A stretch of DNA of 64,000 bases, from the NCBI RefSeq assembly GCF_009914755.1, contig NC_060932.1; one strand, 5' to 3'. Positions within the stretch are counted from its first letter, which is position 1, and each line of letters opens with the position of its first letter. Position numbers and translations under genes: made by a program. Below are positions 60,140-64,000 of this stretch, in pieces. Origin of the DNA: the human T2T-CHM13v2.0 reference genome, Homo sapiens. The notes under the pieces are model-generated. The model saw only the letters and a list, made by a program, of their open reading frames with translations, had not been told where the DNA came from and made no database searches.

Positions 60140-60269
60140 AAAAGCAAGAAGCTAGTTAACTAAAGCAACAGTAGCAGATCAGTAGACAGGCCAAAAAAAC
60201 AGAAAAAAGCAAGAAGCCTAGTTATCTAATACAACAGTAGCAGATCAGTAGACAGGCAAAAACCAGAAA
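60140..60269. repeat. Tandem duplication, period ~66 bp, in intron 8
   Basis: Identical 26-bp core caacagtagcagatcagtagacaggc at 60166 and 60232. Confidence 0.93.
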
Positions 60270-60301
60270 TAGGACCTTATGTTGTATGCTGTATAAATCT
60301 A

Positions 60302-60667
<366 letters not shown>

Positions 60668-60695
60668 TCATAAGCACTGTACTTAAAGATATTTA

Positions 60696-60944
<249 letters not shown>

Positions 60945-61408
60945 TTAGTTATAATTTGAAAAAGAAATGCCAAACCACAACAGCCAATCAATGGAAAAAC
61001 AAAATTATGTTAAAAGGGATAAAATTTAAACGTATACTCAACTTTTATCTGTTTCTCCTCCAGGTAGTTTATAAAAGTATAAAACACTTGGTATATAAAA
61101 AAAAATTCTCATTCTTCATTTGTATTTTCTAGTTTATTTATCTATTTTAAAAAATATTTACTTAACACAGCTATCAAACACAAACAGAACAGTTTTAAGT
61201 ACTAATAAAATTTAGCATTCTGAGATAAGCATATTTAGGTTTTGTTACAACATTTTAAGAGGCTAGTTTTACCGAAATGTCCTATTGAACCAACTGATCA
61301 CAATTCACTCATATATATCTAAAAGCTGTTCAAGACTCAGAATTAGCAACTGTTTCCAAAACTTTACAACTTAGTAAAGAAATTCTGTTTATGCTGGAAT
61401 AACCATCA

Positions 61409-61645
<237 letters not shown>

Positions 61646-61975
61646 TCATTAGTTTAGAAAGATTAGAAATAGCACTGTGATAAAAGAAAACTGCTAATGA
61701 TTTATTCTAATTATGTCACATTTGCTTACTGAAGTCTTACTTCAAATGTTAAAATATCTAGTTTAAACTTTAATTCTTTAGCATCTGAATTTTTTAAAAT
61801 GACTCAATTACACACAGTTACAACACTGGGGCATGACTAGCAAATTCAAACTTAGATCTAGATTTAAATGATCCTAAAATATGTTTGATAAACTCTAAAT
61901 ATGTATGTATGTTAAGTTACATTAACAGTCACAGCTGAAACTTTCCCGTTATGTGTTTCATCAAGAAAAGAATCT

Positions 61976-62143
61976 GGTTCTGGGCACAGTGGCATGTGCC
62001 TGTAGTCCCAGCTACTTGAGGCTGAAGTGGGAGGATCACTTGAATCCAAGAGTTCGAGGCTGTAGTGTGCTATAATCCAGCCTGTGAAGAGCCACGGCAC
62101 TCCAGCCTGGATAACACAGCAGAGACCCCGCCTCTTAAAAAAC
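61976..62143 (+). mobile_element. FAM-like (7SL-derived) monomer in intron 5
   Basis: Keeps the cctgtgaa(g)agccac(g)gcactccagcctgg segment typical of FAM/7SL. Confidence 0.75.
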
Positions 62144-62481
62144 AATATGCCTTGCTAACTAGTTTTGAATACCTGTTTTTGAATAGCAAGTATAACAGGG
62201 AAACTAACTGTTCCAAAATGGTTGGTTTAAACGTGATCACCACTTCAATGTTGGGACTCCTCGCAGAAATCAATATATAGGTTCTATGATTGCATATAGG
62301 GAGAGAAGTAGGTAAACAATTAGCTCCAAGTATGAAAATAATGCTTAATCTACTGGAAGAAAGCCAAATTCTTTTCTTGATGAAAATGCATTACATGAAA
62401 TTTTAAGTCTTTCTGTCTATAGTCTGGTTTTCTTTTGAAATTGCTATTAGCAACACAATATAACATTATAATTAATGGCTA

Positions 62482-62610
<129 letters not shown>

Positions 62611-63314
62611 TTAAAAGAAGGTCAAATACATTTTAGTTTCAAGTCTATGTATAAGAAAAACAAATCCCAATTCTCTCTATAAGAAAAATTAAAAAAATAT
62701 ATATGTATAACCCACCAAGTTTTAGAAGCCTTAATATTTAATACTTTCACACATTCCAGTACAATCCAAGAATGTAAGTGATTTGGAAATTAACTTGTAT
62801 TTAAATTTGAAAAGCATCAATAATCAGCAAATACAATGTAATATGCAGAAGTCACTAAATCAAGTACAGAGGAAAAAATTAGAAATCATGGGCTAGATAG
62901 GCATGGGTTTTCATTAGGACCCTGCAACTTACAGGCGGTGTAAACTCTAAAGTTCCCTGACTTCCCTGAGACTCAGTTTCTTTCTCTAATAAAGAATAAT
63001 CTCTCATATAGTTTAAAAATACTAAATAAAAAATAAAAAGTATGTAATGCTAAACACCAATCTAAACACTATCAGCCATATCCAGAACATTAATACCTCA
63101 AAACAACTGACCAAGTCTGTACAAAAAATAGATGGCAAGGAAAAAAAAAATAGGAGGCGGCAAAGCTGTAATAGATTCTCAGGAGACCCATAAGCTATAT
63201 CAACCAGATGCAGTTTGTAGACTTTGTTTAGCCTCAACTCGAACTGGGAGAAAAAAAAAAAAAAAAAAGCCGACATGTCAACTGGGGACATTTGAATGCT
63301 GACTGGCTATCATA

Positions 63315-64000
63315 TAGGCATACCTTGTTTTACTGCACTTTGTTTTACTGAGTTTCGCAGATGCTGAGTTTTTAACAAACCAAAGGTTTGTGGTAACAGT
63401 GCCTTAAGCAAGTCTGTTGGTGCCATTTTCCAACAGCACAAGCTTACTTCATGCCTCTGTGTCACATTTTGGTAATTCTCATGCTATTTAAAAATTTTTC
63501 ATTATTATATTTGTTATGGTGATCTTGATTAGTGATCTTTAAAATTTTTTTCCTTATTTTTTAGTAGACATGGGGGGGCGGGATCTTACTATATTGCCCA
63601 GGCTAGTCTCAAACCCCTGGCCTCAAGTGATTCTCCCACCTAAGCCTCCCAAAGCACTGGGATCATAGGTGTGAACCACTATACCTGGCCCAGTGATCTT
63701 TGATGCTAGTATTTTAATTATTTTGGAGTGCCACAAAGGATGCCCAAATAATATGGGCAAACTTAATCAAGAAATGTTCTGTGTGTTCTGACTGCTCCTG
63801 CCCTCCCCCACCCCCGCAATGTTTCTCCCTCTTCTTGGGCCTCCCTGTTCCTTGAGACACAACTACATTGAAATAAGGCCAATTAATAACCCTACAATGG
63901 CTACTATTTGTTCAAGTAAAATGAAGAGTCACATGTATCTCACTTTAAATCAAAAGCTAGAAATGAATAAGCTTGGTGAAGAAGGCATGCCTAAGCTGAT
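63315..64000 (+). mobile_element. Tigger1 5' end, with the decayed transposase start at 63897 (MATICSSKMKSHMYLTLNQKLEMNKLGEEGM)
   Basis: TA followed by the taggcataccttgtttt terminus; LTLNQKLEM..L.EEGM matches the Tigger transposase N-terminus; runs off the window. Confidence 0.88.
63541..63691 (-). mobile_element. FLAM monomer nested in Tigger1
   Basis: TSD agtgatcttt (63531-63540 and 63692-63701). Confidence 0.85.

Noticed and set aside
63897-64000. Tigger transposase start as a domesticated TIGD gene
   Set aside because: It is diverged from the recalled consensus with an apparent frameshift after EEGMPK, and sits in an ordinary intronic Tigger1 copy.

Overview
This is primate (almost certainly human) genomic DNA. 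The right end (~50085-64000) holds the 3' part of RAD21, the cohesin kleisin subunit, on the minus strand: ten coding exons (5-14 by the standard 14-exon numbering, from recall) with canonical GT-AG boundaries that splice into one open frame ending ...PGPRFHII*, plus a ~1.57 kb 3'UTR. Positions 1-~50000 are repeat-dense non-coding DNA downstream of RAD21 (from recall, the UTP23-RAD21 interval on 8q24.11): about 28 Alu/FLAM/FAM copies across the window, two old fragmented antisense L1s, L2, MIR, MaLR/ERVL solo LTRs and DNA transposons. Nearly all non-RAD21 ORFs in the track are repeat artefacts. The most interesting observation is a possible LTR-driven antisense transcript inside RAD21: an MST solo LTR with an intact splice donor, a strong plus-strand acceptor 757 nt downstream, and an exon fully overlapping RAD21 exon 13 that carries a 47-codon ORF with a strong Kozak context and an AATAAA. 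Other candidates are a near-consensus CTCF site in intron 11, a T24 acceptor tract before in-frame-skippable exon 8, a palindromic bidirectional poly(A) signal, and a 27-bp templated-insertion-like copy. Repeat subfamily names come from recalled consensus sequences, and their boundaries are approximate unless a target-site duplication (TSD) is quoted.
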